Assembly: GCA_965205435.1 (NCBI GenBank)
Contig: CBDBHJ010000005.1
Coordinates: 12,658 to 76,657 of the forward strand
Length of the DNA: 64,000 nucleotides
Direction of reading: 5' to 3'
From: Vicinamibacterales bacterium
Lineage (GTDB): Bacteria > Acidobacteriota > Vicinamibacteria > Vicinamibacterales > UBA8438
Part shown: piece by piece, positions 9,455-17,563 of the stretch
How positions within the stretch are numbered: position 1 is the first letter of the stretch
Layout of the letters: each line of letters opens with the position of its first letter
Position numbers and translations under genes: made by a program
Notes under the pieces: generated by a model
Told to the model about the DNA's origin: nothing
Seen by the model: the letters and a program-made list of their open reading frames with translations, nothing else
Databases searched by the model: none

Positions 9455-10496
9455 CGGACGGTCCCTCTGCTGTCGAGTAGGAGCCGGTGGTGCTCCCCGA
9501 CCGTCGGTCGAGGTCTCGCAGGCTCCGACGCTCGGCCTTCGCGTCGTACATGGCCGCATCGGCGTGGGTGAGCAACGTCTCGGCGTCGGTGCCATCGTAC
9601 GGGTAGACGCTTACCCCTGTGCTGGCGGTGACGATCAGCTCGCGCCCATCAACAGAGAAGGGATGAGTAAACGAGGCCCGGATCCGGTCAGCGACGGCGG
9701 TCGCCGCCTCCACGGTCGCAAGGTCGGAGACACAGATTGTGAACTCATCCCCTCCGACACGACCTGCCACCTGCGTCGTCTGGGGCGCACCCTGAGGCAT
9801 CACCATGACCTCCGAGCGCAGGCCGTGGGTGAGTCGTTCTGCCGCCAGCTTGAGGATCTGGTCGCCAAAGCTATGCCCGAACGTATCGTTGATCTCTTTG
9901 AAGCGATCGAGGTCGAGGAAAACAACGGCCAGCAGTCGGGACTGCTCCTCGGCCCGTAGGAGTCCTTCTCTCAAGTGGCTCCGAAACGTCGACCGGTTGG
10001 GCAAGCCGGTGAGGCCGTCGTAATGGGCCAGCCGCAGCAGCTGTTCGGCGTCCTGTTTGGCCCGCAGCATGTACTTGACGCGTTCACGGAGGACCCGCCA
10101 GTTCAGCGGTTTGGTCTGGAAGTCGGTGGCGCCAACGTCGTACGCGCGTGCGACAGCGTCGGGATCGTCTGAACCCGTCAGCATGAGGATCGGGGTGCGC
10201 TCTCCATCGGTTCGGCCGCGCAGTGTCGCGCACGTCTCGTATCCACCCATGATCGGCATGAGGACATCGAGCAGCACGAGGTCCGGAGCCCGCTCGGCGA
10301 AGAGGCGACAGGCCTCCTCCCCATTTCCAGCGAGTGCGACCTCATGTCCGTCCTGCTCCAGCGCCGCCTGGGCCAGGGCACGCATGGTCGGATCGTCGTC
10401 GGCGACGAGTACCGAACCATGTCTGGGTCGTGCTGTCGTTGGGTTCGTTCGTCGTGCCATCCGTCTCAATCCCAGAATCCACTTGACGTGACGCAT
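9441..10496 (-). CDS. Response-regulator receiver + GGDEF diguanylate cyclase (no EAL domain)
   Basis: REC domain (VLVADDDPTMR..., DLVLLDVLMP, LMLTGSDD) followed by GGDEF (LTGLPNR, RVGGDEFTI, YDAK). The ORF track starts at 10829, but homology begins near MRHVKW (ATG 10496); ATG 10460 is an alternative. It overlaps the FKBP gene 3' end convergently. Confidence 0.8.
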   Translation of the reverse strand: MRHVKWILGLRRMARRTNPTTARPRHGSVLVADDDPTMRALAQAALEQDGHEVALAGNGEEACRLFAERAPDLVLLDVLMPIMGGYETCATLRGRTDGERTPILMLTGSDDPDAVARAYDVGATDFQTKPLNWRVLRERVKYMLRAKQDAEQLLRLAHYDGLTGLPNRSTFRSHLREGLLRAEEQSRLLAVVFLDLDRFKEINDTFGHSFGDQILKLAAERLTHGLRSEVMVMPQGAPQTTQVAGRVGGDEFTICVSDLATVEAATAVADRIRASFTHPFSVDGRELIVTASTGVSVYPYDGTDAETLLTHADAAMYDAKAERRSLRDLDRRSGSTTGSYSTAEGPSATGC

Positions 10497-10973
10497 CTGA
10501 CTTGTCCTGGCCACCGACGACTGCGTTGCTCCTCGGTCATTTGGACCCTCCAAACTCCCTCGTCCCGCCTTGTCCTCGCTGCCCAGCCCGGCGCCAGATA
10601 CGCCAACCCAAGTGCATCCTGGGATTAGGCCTGCCCGGGCAGGAGTCGACTCCTCGATGTTCTTTAGAGCAAGGGGAGTACCAGCCCGACGGCCCGATGG
10701 CAACCTGCGATAACACATTCCAAACACACCACTTAGTCTCACGTCTGGGTATGCGGTGCACCGCCGCGCATATCTGGCTGCTGGCTGACTGATCAGAAGG
10801 GAAGGGGCGGGGGTGCCGACGGGGCTCACGGTCGCTCGCCTTCAGTGACGAGATTTCCCCAGGGTTCGACCCCGATTTTCGCGCCGTTGTTTGACAACCG
10901 CGTCAACAGGTCGCGCCGATGTCGGACGCCCCGCAGAATTCTCTGCACTATTCTGGCTCGAGGTAGAGAACTG

Positions 10974-10998
10974 GTGCAGTGATTCTGAATCACTGCAC
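10974..10998. terminator. Perfect 12+1+12 palindrome gtgcagtgattc-t-gaatcactgcac at the 3' end of the enolase-family gene; terminator hairpin or operator
   Basis: Read directly from the sequence. It overlaps the stop codon (10990-10992). A third half-site ctgcacta lies at 10943-10950. No U-tract follows. Confidence 0.35.
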
Positions 10999-12111
10999 TA
11001 GGAGTCGCGTCGCGAAGTCAGGACGGAGCGCCAGTCCCCAGCCGGCCCTCGTGGACAGCGTGTGGGCATCGGCGTTCAGCCGACCGGCCTGGCCGAACAT
11101 CAGCGGAGGGATCGCGACGTCGGCTTCGAGCAGGTGGGTGCCGAACGCCCCCTCGTGCCCGACGAGATGCTCGCCGGCCGCCCGCGCGACGATCAGGCCG
11201 GCGCGCGTGAGGACGCTCGTTTCGCCGACTTGAGCGCCGACGATGATCGACAGGCCCGAGTTGCGCGCCGCCTTGACAAGCGCGAGCGAGCGCAACAGCC
11301 CCCCCATCTTTGAGACGCGCACATTGATGATCCAGTGCTCCGGGTCACCGGTGATCTCCGCCAGCTGTTCCGCTCGTAGGAAGCTTTCGTCGAGAACGAT
11401 CGGACAGCCGGTGTGCTCCGACACGCGGCGCATGTCATCGAAGGCGTTCGCCGGAAGTGGCTCCTCGATACCGACGAAGGCGCAATCGAGGCTCTCGAGG
11501 TGTTGGACCGCAGTCTCCGCGTCGTCCCACAAGTTGTTGGCGTCGACGCGAATGCGGAGGCGTTCCGGGTTGTCGACATCTCGCAACGTGGCGATCTTGT
11601 CGCGATCCCGAATCGGGTTACCCGACAGCTTCAGCTTGAAATCGACAAACCCCAGCGCACGATACCGGGTGACCGTGGCTCGAAACATGTCCGCTCCACC
11701 ATCGCCCACAACGGCCGAGTAGTGGAACTCTCCGGTTGTCGGGGGCGCCGCGACCACCAGCTCGACCGGCACGTCCTCACGTCGCGCGAACAGCTCGAGC
11801 ATGGCCAGTTCGACGGCGCACCACGCCGCGGGGTTGTCGTCGATGAGTGCGTTGTGGTCATTAACCCACCCCACCAGGGTGTCGACCGAATCGATTCCCT
11901 GACAGAGGACCTCTCGGTGGTCCGCGAAGAAGGCCTGAGCCGACGCGAGGCTCTCGCCCGTGACGTACTCGCGCGGGCAGCCCTCCCCGACCCCGGCGAC
12001 GTGATCAGCGCGAGCGGTGACCCAGACGCTCTGCGTGGCCGTACGGACAGCGGAACTGTGCGTGAAGGCTGCCGTGAACGGGATGTCGAGCCGAGAGAAC
12101 TCCAGTTGCAC
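10990..12111 (-). CDS. Enolase-superfamily enzyme, MLE subgroup (dipeptide epimerase / N-acylamino-acid racemase-like)
   Basis: Catalytic pattern: KxK (FVDFKLKLSG), D (RIRVDANNLW), E (GIEEPL), D (PIVLDES), K (VRVSKMGG). The likely start is GTG 12109-12111 (MQLEFSRLDIPF), 2 nt after the GH3 stop. The upstream part of the 474-aa ORF overlaps the GH3 gene. Confidence 0.8.
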   Translation of the reverse strand: MQLEFSRLDIPFTAAFTHSSAVRTATQSVWVTARADHVAGVGEGCPREYVTGESLASAQAFFADHREVLCQGIDSVDTLVGWVNDHNALIDDNPAAWCAVELAMLELFARREDVPVELVVAAPPTTGEFHYSAVVGDGGADMFRATVTRYRALGFVDFKLKLSGNPIRDRDKIATLRDVDNPERLRIRVDANNLWDDAETAVQHLESLDCAFVGIEEPLPANAFDDMRRVSEHTGCPIVLDESFLRAEQLAEITGDPEHWIINVRVSKMGGLLRSLALVKAARNSGLSIIVGAQVGETSVLTRAGLIVARAAGEHLVGHEGAFGTHLLEADVAIPPLMFGQAGRLNADAHTLSTRAGWGLALRPDFATRLLVQ

Positions 12112-12113
12112 GG

Positions 12114-13784
12114 CTACGTTATCCTCTCGGTCGGCGCGTCCTGGTAGAAGTCGGCGAAGGGGAATGCGCAGTCGGATTGATACTGCAGGGCGATGAGCTT
12201 GAACTGCCCCTCCCGCTGTCCTTGCTGCAGGCAGTACTGCTTGTATGCGTCCCCGGTTCCCGGCCGGACTGGCAGGATCTCGAGGTGCCGCAGTCGTCCG
12301 CTGGCCCGTTTCGCAGCGTACTCCACATTCAATTCTCCCAGATTCAATTCTCCCAGCTTGCGTTCGATTCCACCGCGCGTCGCTGTCCGCCACGCCTCCG
12401 TCGGAGCGGGGCATTCGACGACCAGACGGTATACCCCATGATCTGCGTCGGCCAGCATCATAAAGAACTCTGACACCAGCCCGGTCTCCTCTTCAGTTGA
12501 GCGAACGGCGTCGATCACCTGGCTCTCGTACACCTTCTCGCCGGTGATGTTCGTGACGCCTTTTCCCTTTTGGACGAACTCGATTGCGGGGGTCGCGTGG
12601 AATGCCCCCGTCACCCGCACGATGTCGTTCATGAAGTAGCGGTACAGACCGGTTCCGGTGGTCGCGATGATGTAGTACTCCTTGCCCCGTTCGATCTGCT
12701 CCACAGTGAGAAACACCTTGCGACCGGAGTCCCAGTCGTCTCGCTCGACGAACTCGAAAAAGTTCTCTTGGATCGTGGGCGTGCCGATGTTTCGGTCCAG
12801 GTCGGCGATGAGGGTGCCCCGTAGCTCGCTCGACAGATACCCCAGCTCGGCCACGCGGGTACCCGACGGGAGTGTCGGCCGCACGCGGGCGAGAGGGATT
12901 CGACAGCTGCCGTCGGTCCAGGTTGACACGAGCCGGAGCTCTGGCCAAAGCTGGGCGAACGTGGGGCGCGGAGAGGACAGGATCGGTCGAAGCTCGGCAA
13001 GCCGTGTCGGCGGGCATGACAGACGCGGCCCGATAGCGGCCTGCACGTCAGCCGCAAGTTCGTCAGTCCGAGAGAACGTACCCGCTGTGACGTCCTCCAG
13101 GAGCAGCGAGCGGGCAGAATCGAGGACCGAGAGCAGCTTGACCAGCGTCGATGGGTTCGCGCAGGCAATATGCGTGACGTTGCGGTGGGTCACGGCCAGC
13201 CTCAGGACGAGAAGATACTTAAGGTCGTAGTCGGCGATCCCGAACACCTGCGAGGGCAGCACGTACTTCGTCTTGGCGATCGCAGGCATATTCTCGTACA
13301 TGAATCCTGACGTCGATCCGTACGGCGTGCCCGATTCGAGGGTGCCTTCTTCGGCCGGACTGACGATGGCGAGGAAGCGGCCGTAATACGCGTCGGCATC
13401 GGCCGAGAACTGGACGTACGCCTGGATGGCCTGGTTGCGTTTGTACTCCCGGATCGTGCCACGGAGGATGGGAATCAGTTTTGGCTGCCCGGTGGTGCCG
13501 CTGGTCCGCGCGTACATCACCGGTCGCTCGGCATTGAGCGCCGGGTCTCCGGTTCGCTCCTGCTCCTCGATGTAAGGGCGGAGGGTCTCATAGGTTTGCA
13601 CCGGTACTGCCGCTGCAAAGTCGGGGTAATTCTTGATGCCGGCGAAGGCGTGCTCACGCCCAAATCGCGTGTCGCGGTTGCGGCGGAGCAGGCGCAGCAG
13701 GACGTTGAGCTGGGCGTGTGGCCGCGTTGACGAACGGCTTCCAGTGCGTCCACCGCAGCAGCTGCATGCGCGCCCAGAGGGCAC
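12114..13784 (-). CDS. GH3-family (auxin-responsive-promoter family) ATP-dependent amido synthetase
   Basis: N-terminus LLRRNRDTRFGREHAFAGI..F..AVPVQTYETLRPYIE. Adenylation P-loop-like TSGTTGQPKLIP. C-terminal YYIIATTGTGLYRYFMNDIVRVTG...IEFVQKGKGVTNITGEKV. All are typical of bacterial GH3 proteins. Confidence 0.75.
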   Translation of the reverse strand: MPSGRACSCCGGRTGSRSSTRPHAQLNVLLRLLRRNRDTRFGREHAFAGIKNYPDFAAAVPVQTYETLRPYIEEQERTGDPALNAERPVMYARTSGTTGQPKLIPILRGTIREYKRNQAIQAYVQFSADADAYYGRFLAIVSPAEEGTLESGTPYGSTSGFMYENMPAIAKTKYVLPSQVFGIADYDLKYLLVLRLAVTHRNVTHIACANPSTLVKLLSVLDSARSLLLEDVTAGTFSRTDELAADVQAAIGPRLSCPPTRLAELRPILSSPRPTFAQLWPELRLVSTWTDGSCRIPLARVRPTLPSGTRVAELGYLSSELRGTLIADLDRNIGTPTIQENFFEFVERDDWDSGRKVFLTVEQIERGKEYYIIATTGTGLYRYFMNDIVRVTGAFHATPAIEFVQKGKGVTNITGEKVYESQVIDAVRSTEEETGLVSEFFMMLADADHGVYRLVVECPAPTEAWRTATRGGIERKLGELNLGELNVEYAAKRASGRLRHLEILPVRPGTGDAYKQYCLQQGQREGQFKLIALQYQSDCAFPFADFYQDAPTERIT

Positions 13785-13798
13785 AATTGAGGAGTCTG

Positions 13799-14698
13799 TC
13801 AGCGGGCATCGGACGGCGGCTTCTTGTCAAGACCTGGTGTCAGGGGCGCCGTCATCTGGCTGACAAAGTCCGGCGGGTAGCTACGGTTCAGAAGGCCCAG
13901 GTCGCCGACACGGGCGTTCCGGGGGAGAAACCACGTGCCGAAGACGAGGTCCCATACGATGAGGTTGTTCCCATAGTTTCGGTTCGATTCGGCAATCTGC
14001 TTCGAGTGGTGCCAGCGATGAAGCTCGGGGCCGCTGACGAGGTAATTGAGCGGACCGTATCGGACATTGACATTGGAGTGTTGGAAGAAGCCGTTCACGG
14101 CGTAGAACACGAAGTAGAGCGCCACAACCTCGGGTCCCACCCCGATCAGAACGAACGGCAGCGTGTCGAGTGTGTACTGCAACGCCTTCTCCGCCGGGTG
14201 AAACCGCCCGACATTGAGCCAGTAGAGCTTTTTCGGCGAATGATGCACAGCATGGAGCCGCCAGAGGGTCGTTGTGTTGTGCGCGGCGACGTGAAGCGGG
14301 TAGCGCAGCAGCTCGGCGACGAGCAGCATGAGAGCCACCTGTGGCCCGACGGGAAGCGTGCTCGGCCACAGCCGCGCCATCGGGAGTGCAAGCGGCTCGA
14401 GGGAGTCGAGGAGCGTCAGGGCCACGACCAACCCGAGGAGCTGTGGGAGCACCATCTGAACCGCGACCATGAAGAGAAGGTCGTTCTTGACGTCGGTCCA
14501 GCGGGGTTGCCACGCTCGGTCATAGGGGATCACGAACTCGAAGAACGTGACCGCACCGGCTGCGAGTGTCACCGCCACGTAGGCAGCGGCAAGGATGGGG
14601 ACACCGGCTGACTGCAACGCTGCGTGCACCCCGAACGCGCCTGTCATGGTCGCGGGATAGACGACCCAGGCGAGAATGCCGCGAGTCATGAAGGGCAT
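13799..14698 (-). CDS. Fatty acid hydroxylase / sterol desaturase-family membrane di-iron oxidase
   Basis: Histidine boxes HVAAH, HAVHHSP, HRWHH, plus multiple TM segments. Alternative start ATG 14689 forms an ATGA overlap with the upstream gene's stop (14686-14688). The ORF-track start is 14761. Confidence 0.8.
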   Translation of the reverse strand: MPFMTRGILAWVVYPATMTGAFGVHAALQSAGVPILAAAYVAVTLAAGAVTFFEFVIPYDRAWQPRWTDVKNDLLFMVAVQMVLPQLLGLVVALTLLDSLEPLALPMARLWPSTLPVGPQVALMLLVAELLRYPLHVAAHNTTTLWRLHAVHHSPKKLYWLNVGRFHPAEKALQYTLDTLPFVLIGVGPEVVALYFVFYAVNGFFQHSNVNVRYGPLNYLVSGPELHRWHHSKQIAESNRNYGNNLIVWDLVFGTWFLPRNARVGDLGLLNRSYPPDFVSQMTAPLTPGLDKKPPSDAR

Positions 14699-15147
14699 GA
14701 CGGCTCCAAGGCTGAGTGGACGAAGAAGGATCGGCCGCGGAGATGTCGCGAGAGAATCCACAGATACGCCGCCAGCACCCAGTGAAACACGATCGGAATC
14801 GTGTCGCCGAACTGGCCCGCCTCCGGCAGTATCACCCTCGTGAGGAGAAAGCGGCCAGCCATGACGAGGAAGTAGACGAGGCTACCCCAGGCGAGCGCTC
14901 GGCCGAGCGCCGGTCTGGCGACCGACGCCGCACCGGTGCCGACCCAGAGCTCCCGAGAGATCTCGAGCTGGAGTGCGACGATGCCGAGCTGAATCGTGAG
15001 CAACACCGGATACGCGATGAGTCCGGAATACCACGCGTCCATCGGCGGCAGGAATTCGATACCGAAAACGGCGACGAGCAGCTGGCCGAATACCCGAGCG
15101 GCGAACACTGCCGACAGCAGACCGAGTACGCAAGCATAGGCGCGCAC
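14686..15147 (-). CDS. Small polytopic membrane protein, hypothetical (first gene of the operon)
   Basis: 153-aa ORF with about 4 hydrophobic segments. Its stop overlaps the start of the hydroxylase-family gene. Confidence 0.5.
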   Translation of the reverse strand: MRAYACVLGLLSAVFAARVFGQLLVAVFGIEFLPPMDAWYSGLIAYPVLLTIQLGIVALQLEISRELWVGTGAASVARPALGRALAWGSLVYFLVMAGRFLLTRVILPEAGQFGDTIPIVFHWVLAAYLWILSRHLRGRSFFVHSALEPSCPS

Positions 15148-15520
15148 GACGATTCCCCTCCAGTTAGCTTATCGTGCCAACCTGCCCTCATCTTGATCTC
15201 TCAGTGCTTCGAGGCACCCCTGACGCCGACCGGCCCGAACCCGTCGCTCTGGTGCCAAGCCACGCCGAACGGTATGATTAGCGGTTTGGCGGGAACGCCG
15301 CACAGGACGTGTGACGAACGAAGAAGAGAAACAGCTCACGGAAGCGATGAGACGTTCTGAGGTCGGCTCGCACTTCCACGATCGAAATCCACCGCCCCGG
15401 AGCTGATTTCGCAGGCACGGGCGAAACTGTCGACCTTGGCCGCCTGAGACTTAAACAACAATTTGGGCGAGAGTTGACAGTCACAGTCTGTCGCTCAAGA
15501 TTCCGAATAGGAGAAAAGGT

Positions 15521-16231
15521 ATGTTCGACTACAAGTTGCTGGGAGTTCTGTTAGCAGCGCTGACGCTCGCCTGCGGAGCGCCGCCCGAACCGCCCGTCGA
15601 GATGGCGGAAGAGGTGTCGGAGATGCCGCCCGCCGACGCCGCTGGCGCTGAGATTCCCGAACTGGCGCCGACCCCGCCTGGCTCGACCCGTTTCGAGCTC
15701 GGTGAGGGGACGCGCGTTTATTACCGAGTGCGGGAGCAGCTCGTGGGGGTCAGCTTCCTCAACGACGCCGTCGGTGTCTCGAATGGGATCTCGGGGGCCA
15801 TCGTGGTGGGCCCAGATGGAAGTATCGATTCGAGTCTGTCTCGCCTGACACTCGACCTGTCGACGTTTTCCAGCGACCAGGCTCGCCGGGACAACTTTCT
15901 CCGCAGACGGGTGTTCGAGGTGGAGGAGAATCCAGAGGCGGTGTTTGTTGCGCGGAGTGTCTCGAGCTCGCCACTGCCGCCCGAGAACCCGGAAACCCCG
16001 TTTCCGATCGTCGGTTTCCAGCTCGTGGGAGATATGACGCTTCACGGCATGACCGACGAGATGACGTGGGACGTCCTCGCTACATACAACGATGACGGGG
16101 TTGTCGAGGGCAAAGCGCAGACGAGCTTTTCGTTTTCCAAATTCAACCTGACTACGCCCGAGCTGCCATTCCTGTTGACGGTCGAGGATGAGATTCGACT
16201 CGAGATCGATTTCAAGGTGTCGAGGTCGTAG
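15521..16231 (+). CDS. YceI-like lipoprotein
   Basis: Lipobox LTLACG, an acidic/Pro linker, then a YceI-like core (FELGEGTRVYYRVRE..., GDMTLHGMTDEMTWDV, LEIDFKV). A GGAGAA SD precedes the ATG. Confidence 0.6.
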   Translation: MFDYKLLGVLLAALTLACGAPPEPPVEMAEEVSEMPPADAAGAEIPELAPTPPGSTRFELGEGTRVYYRVREQLVGVSFLNDAVGVSNGISGAIVVGPDGSIDSSLSRLTLDLSTFSSDQARRDNFLRRRVFEVEENPEAVFVARSVSSSPLPPENPETPFPIVGFQLVGDMTLHGMTDEMTWDVLATYNDDGVVEGKAQTSFSFSKFNLTTPELPFLLTVEDEIRLEIDFKVSRS

Positions 16232-16436
16232 GCGTTCGTGACGTAGGTACAGCAGGCTCATCCGAGTAAACTGTTGGGCAGGTCTCAGCATGCAGGAACC
16301 GCCGTGCATGCACCGTGTTCGTCTGTGGCGGAGTAGGGCTCACGGCCGTCTGTGTCGGCGTGGCGCGTATTCCGTACGATTCGTACACGACTGACAGTTC
16401 ACAGGCTGTCGGACAATGAGGATTCTCGAGGAGGCG

Positions 16437-17402
16437 ATGATGTTCAACTACAAGTTGTCGGCTGTTCTGTTGACGACGCTGACGCTCGCATGTGGAGCGC
16501 CGGCGGACGACGTGGCGGAGGAGATGCCGGAGATGCCGGCGGCCGAGATGCAGAGCACCGGCTCCGTGATTCCAGATGTCGTCTACGGCCACAAGGACGG
16601 GATGGCGCTCACGTTCGATGTCTTCAAGCCAGAGTCGGCTCCCAACGGTGCCGGTGTGCTCTACGTAGAGAGCGGAGGCTGGAGATCCCGGTGGCGACCG
16701 GCCGATGAATCCAAAGCGAGGTTCGAGCAGTTACTGGGTAACGGCTTCACGGTCCTCGTGGTCCGTCACGGGAGCGCTCCGAGATTTAATGCCCACGAAG
16801 CCTATGGGGATGTCCAGCGTGCCGTGCGCTTCGTCCGTCAGCATGCCGAGTCCTACGGGATTGACCCCGATCGGCTGGGCGTCCATGGCGGAAGCGCGGG
16901 GGGGCACCTGTCCCTGATGCTCGGTCTCAACGCCGACGACGGCGACCCTGCCGCCGAGGACGAAGTGCTGCGCGGCAGCAGTAAGGTTGCCGCGGTCGTC
17001 GCCTACTACCCACCGGTGGATCTGCGTCCGCAGAGTTCGCCTCACGATGACTTCCCGCCGCTGACCCAAGAGTCATTCTTTTACAACAATGGCCTCGTCG
17101 TCCCAAAGGCGGTCGAGCGGTTCTCCGCGCTCGATCTCGAGGAAGACATCGCCGCCAGCGTGTCGCCGATTCTGCACGCCTCGTCCGACGATCCGCCGAC
17201 AATGCTCGTCCATGGCGACGCCGATGTGGTCGTTGACCTAAACGCCAGCCAGACAATGCACGCAGCGCTCGAGGCGAACGGCGTCGCGACCGAGCTCGTT
17301 GTCATCGAAGGGGCGGCACACGTGTTTCCAGACCCCGAGAACAAAGCCCGTGCGATGGATGCCCTCGTGGGATGGTTCGAGACACATCTGGTCGGGGACT
17401 GA
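16437..17402 (+). CDS. Alpha/beta hydrolase (esterase/lipase-type) lipoprotein
   Basis: Lipobox LTLACG. Nucleophile elbow GVHGGSAGGHL. C-terminal MLVHGDADVVVD and AAH. A GAGGAGG SD precedes ATGATG at 16437/16440. Confidence 0.8.
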   Translation: MMFNYKLSAVLLTTLTLACGAPADDVAEEMPEMPAAEMQSTGSVIPDVVYGHKDGMALTFDVFKPESAPNGAGVLYVESGGWRSRWRPADESKARFEQLLGNGFTVLVVRHGSAPRFNAHEAYGDVQRAVRFVRQHAESYGIDPDRLGVHGGSAGGHLSLMLGLNADDGDPAAEDEVLRGSSKVAAVVAYYPPVDLRPQSSPHDDFPPLTQESFFYNNGLVVPKAVERFSALDLEEDIAASVSPILHASSDDPPTMLVHGDADVVVDLNASQTMHAALEANGVATELVVIEGAAHVFPDPENKARAMDALVGWFETHLVGD

Positions 17403-17443
17403 CGGCCATCCCCCTTGGATGTCGGCTGGTCGGGTAGTCGATT

Positions 17444-17470
17444 GAGGCGACGGGTGGTTGACGTCGCCTC
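17444..17470 (+). terminator. Hairpin gaggcgacg-N9-cgtcgcctc downstream of the hydrolase gene
   Basis: 9-bp GC-rich stem read from the sequence. No clear U-tract. Confidence 0.3.
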
Positions 17471-17563
17471 GGTCGTAACAGGCTGCGAGAAGACGCGTGG
17501 CGGCCCCAAGAAGGGTCTGCGCGGGCTATGAGGTATGGGCATGAGCCGTGAGGTTGTCGAGGA

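Noticed and set aside
10855-10880. tRNA-like T-loop string (gggttcgaccccg)
   Set aside because: The flanking bases do not form a 5-bp T-stem, an acceptor stem or an anticodon arm. I found no convincing tRNA anywhere in the intergenic regions.
15474-15520. Sigma70-like promoter (TTGACA at 15474-15479, then 17 bp, then aagatt) upstream of the YceI-like gene
   Set aside because: The -10 match is weak and the promoter consensus of this lineage is unknown, so it is not reported as a feature.
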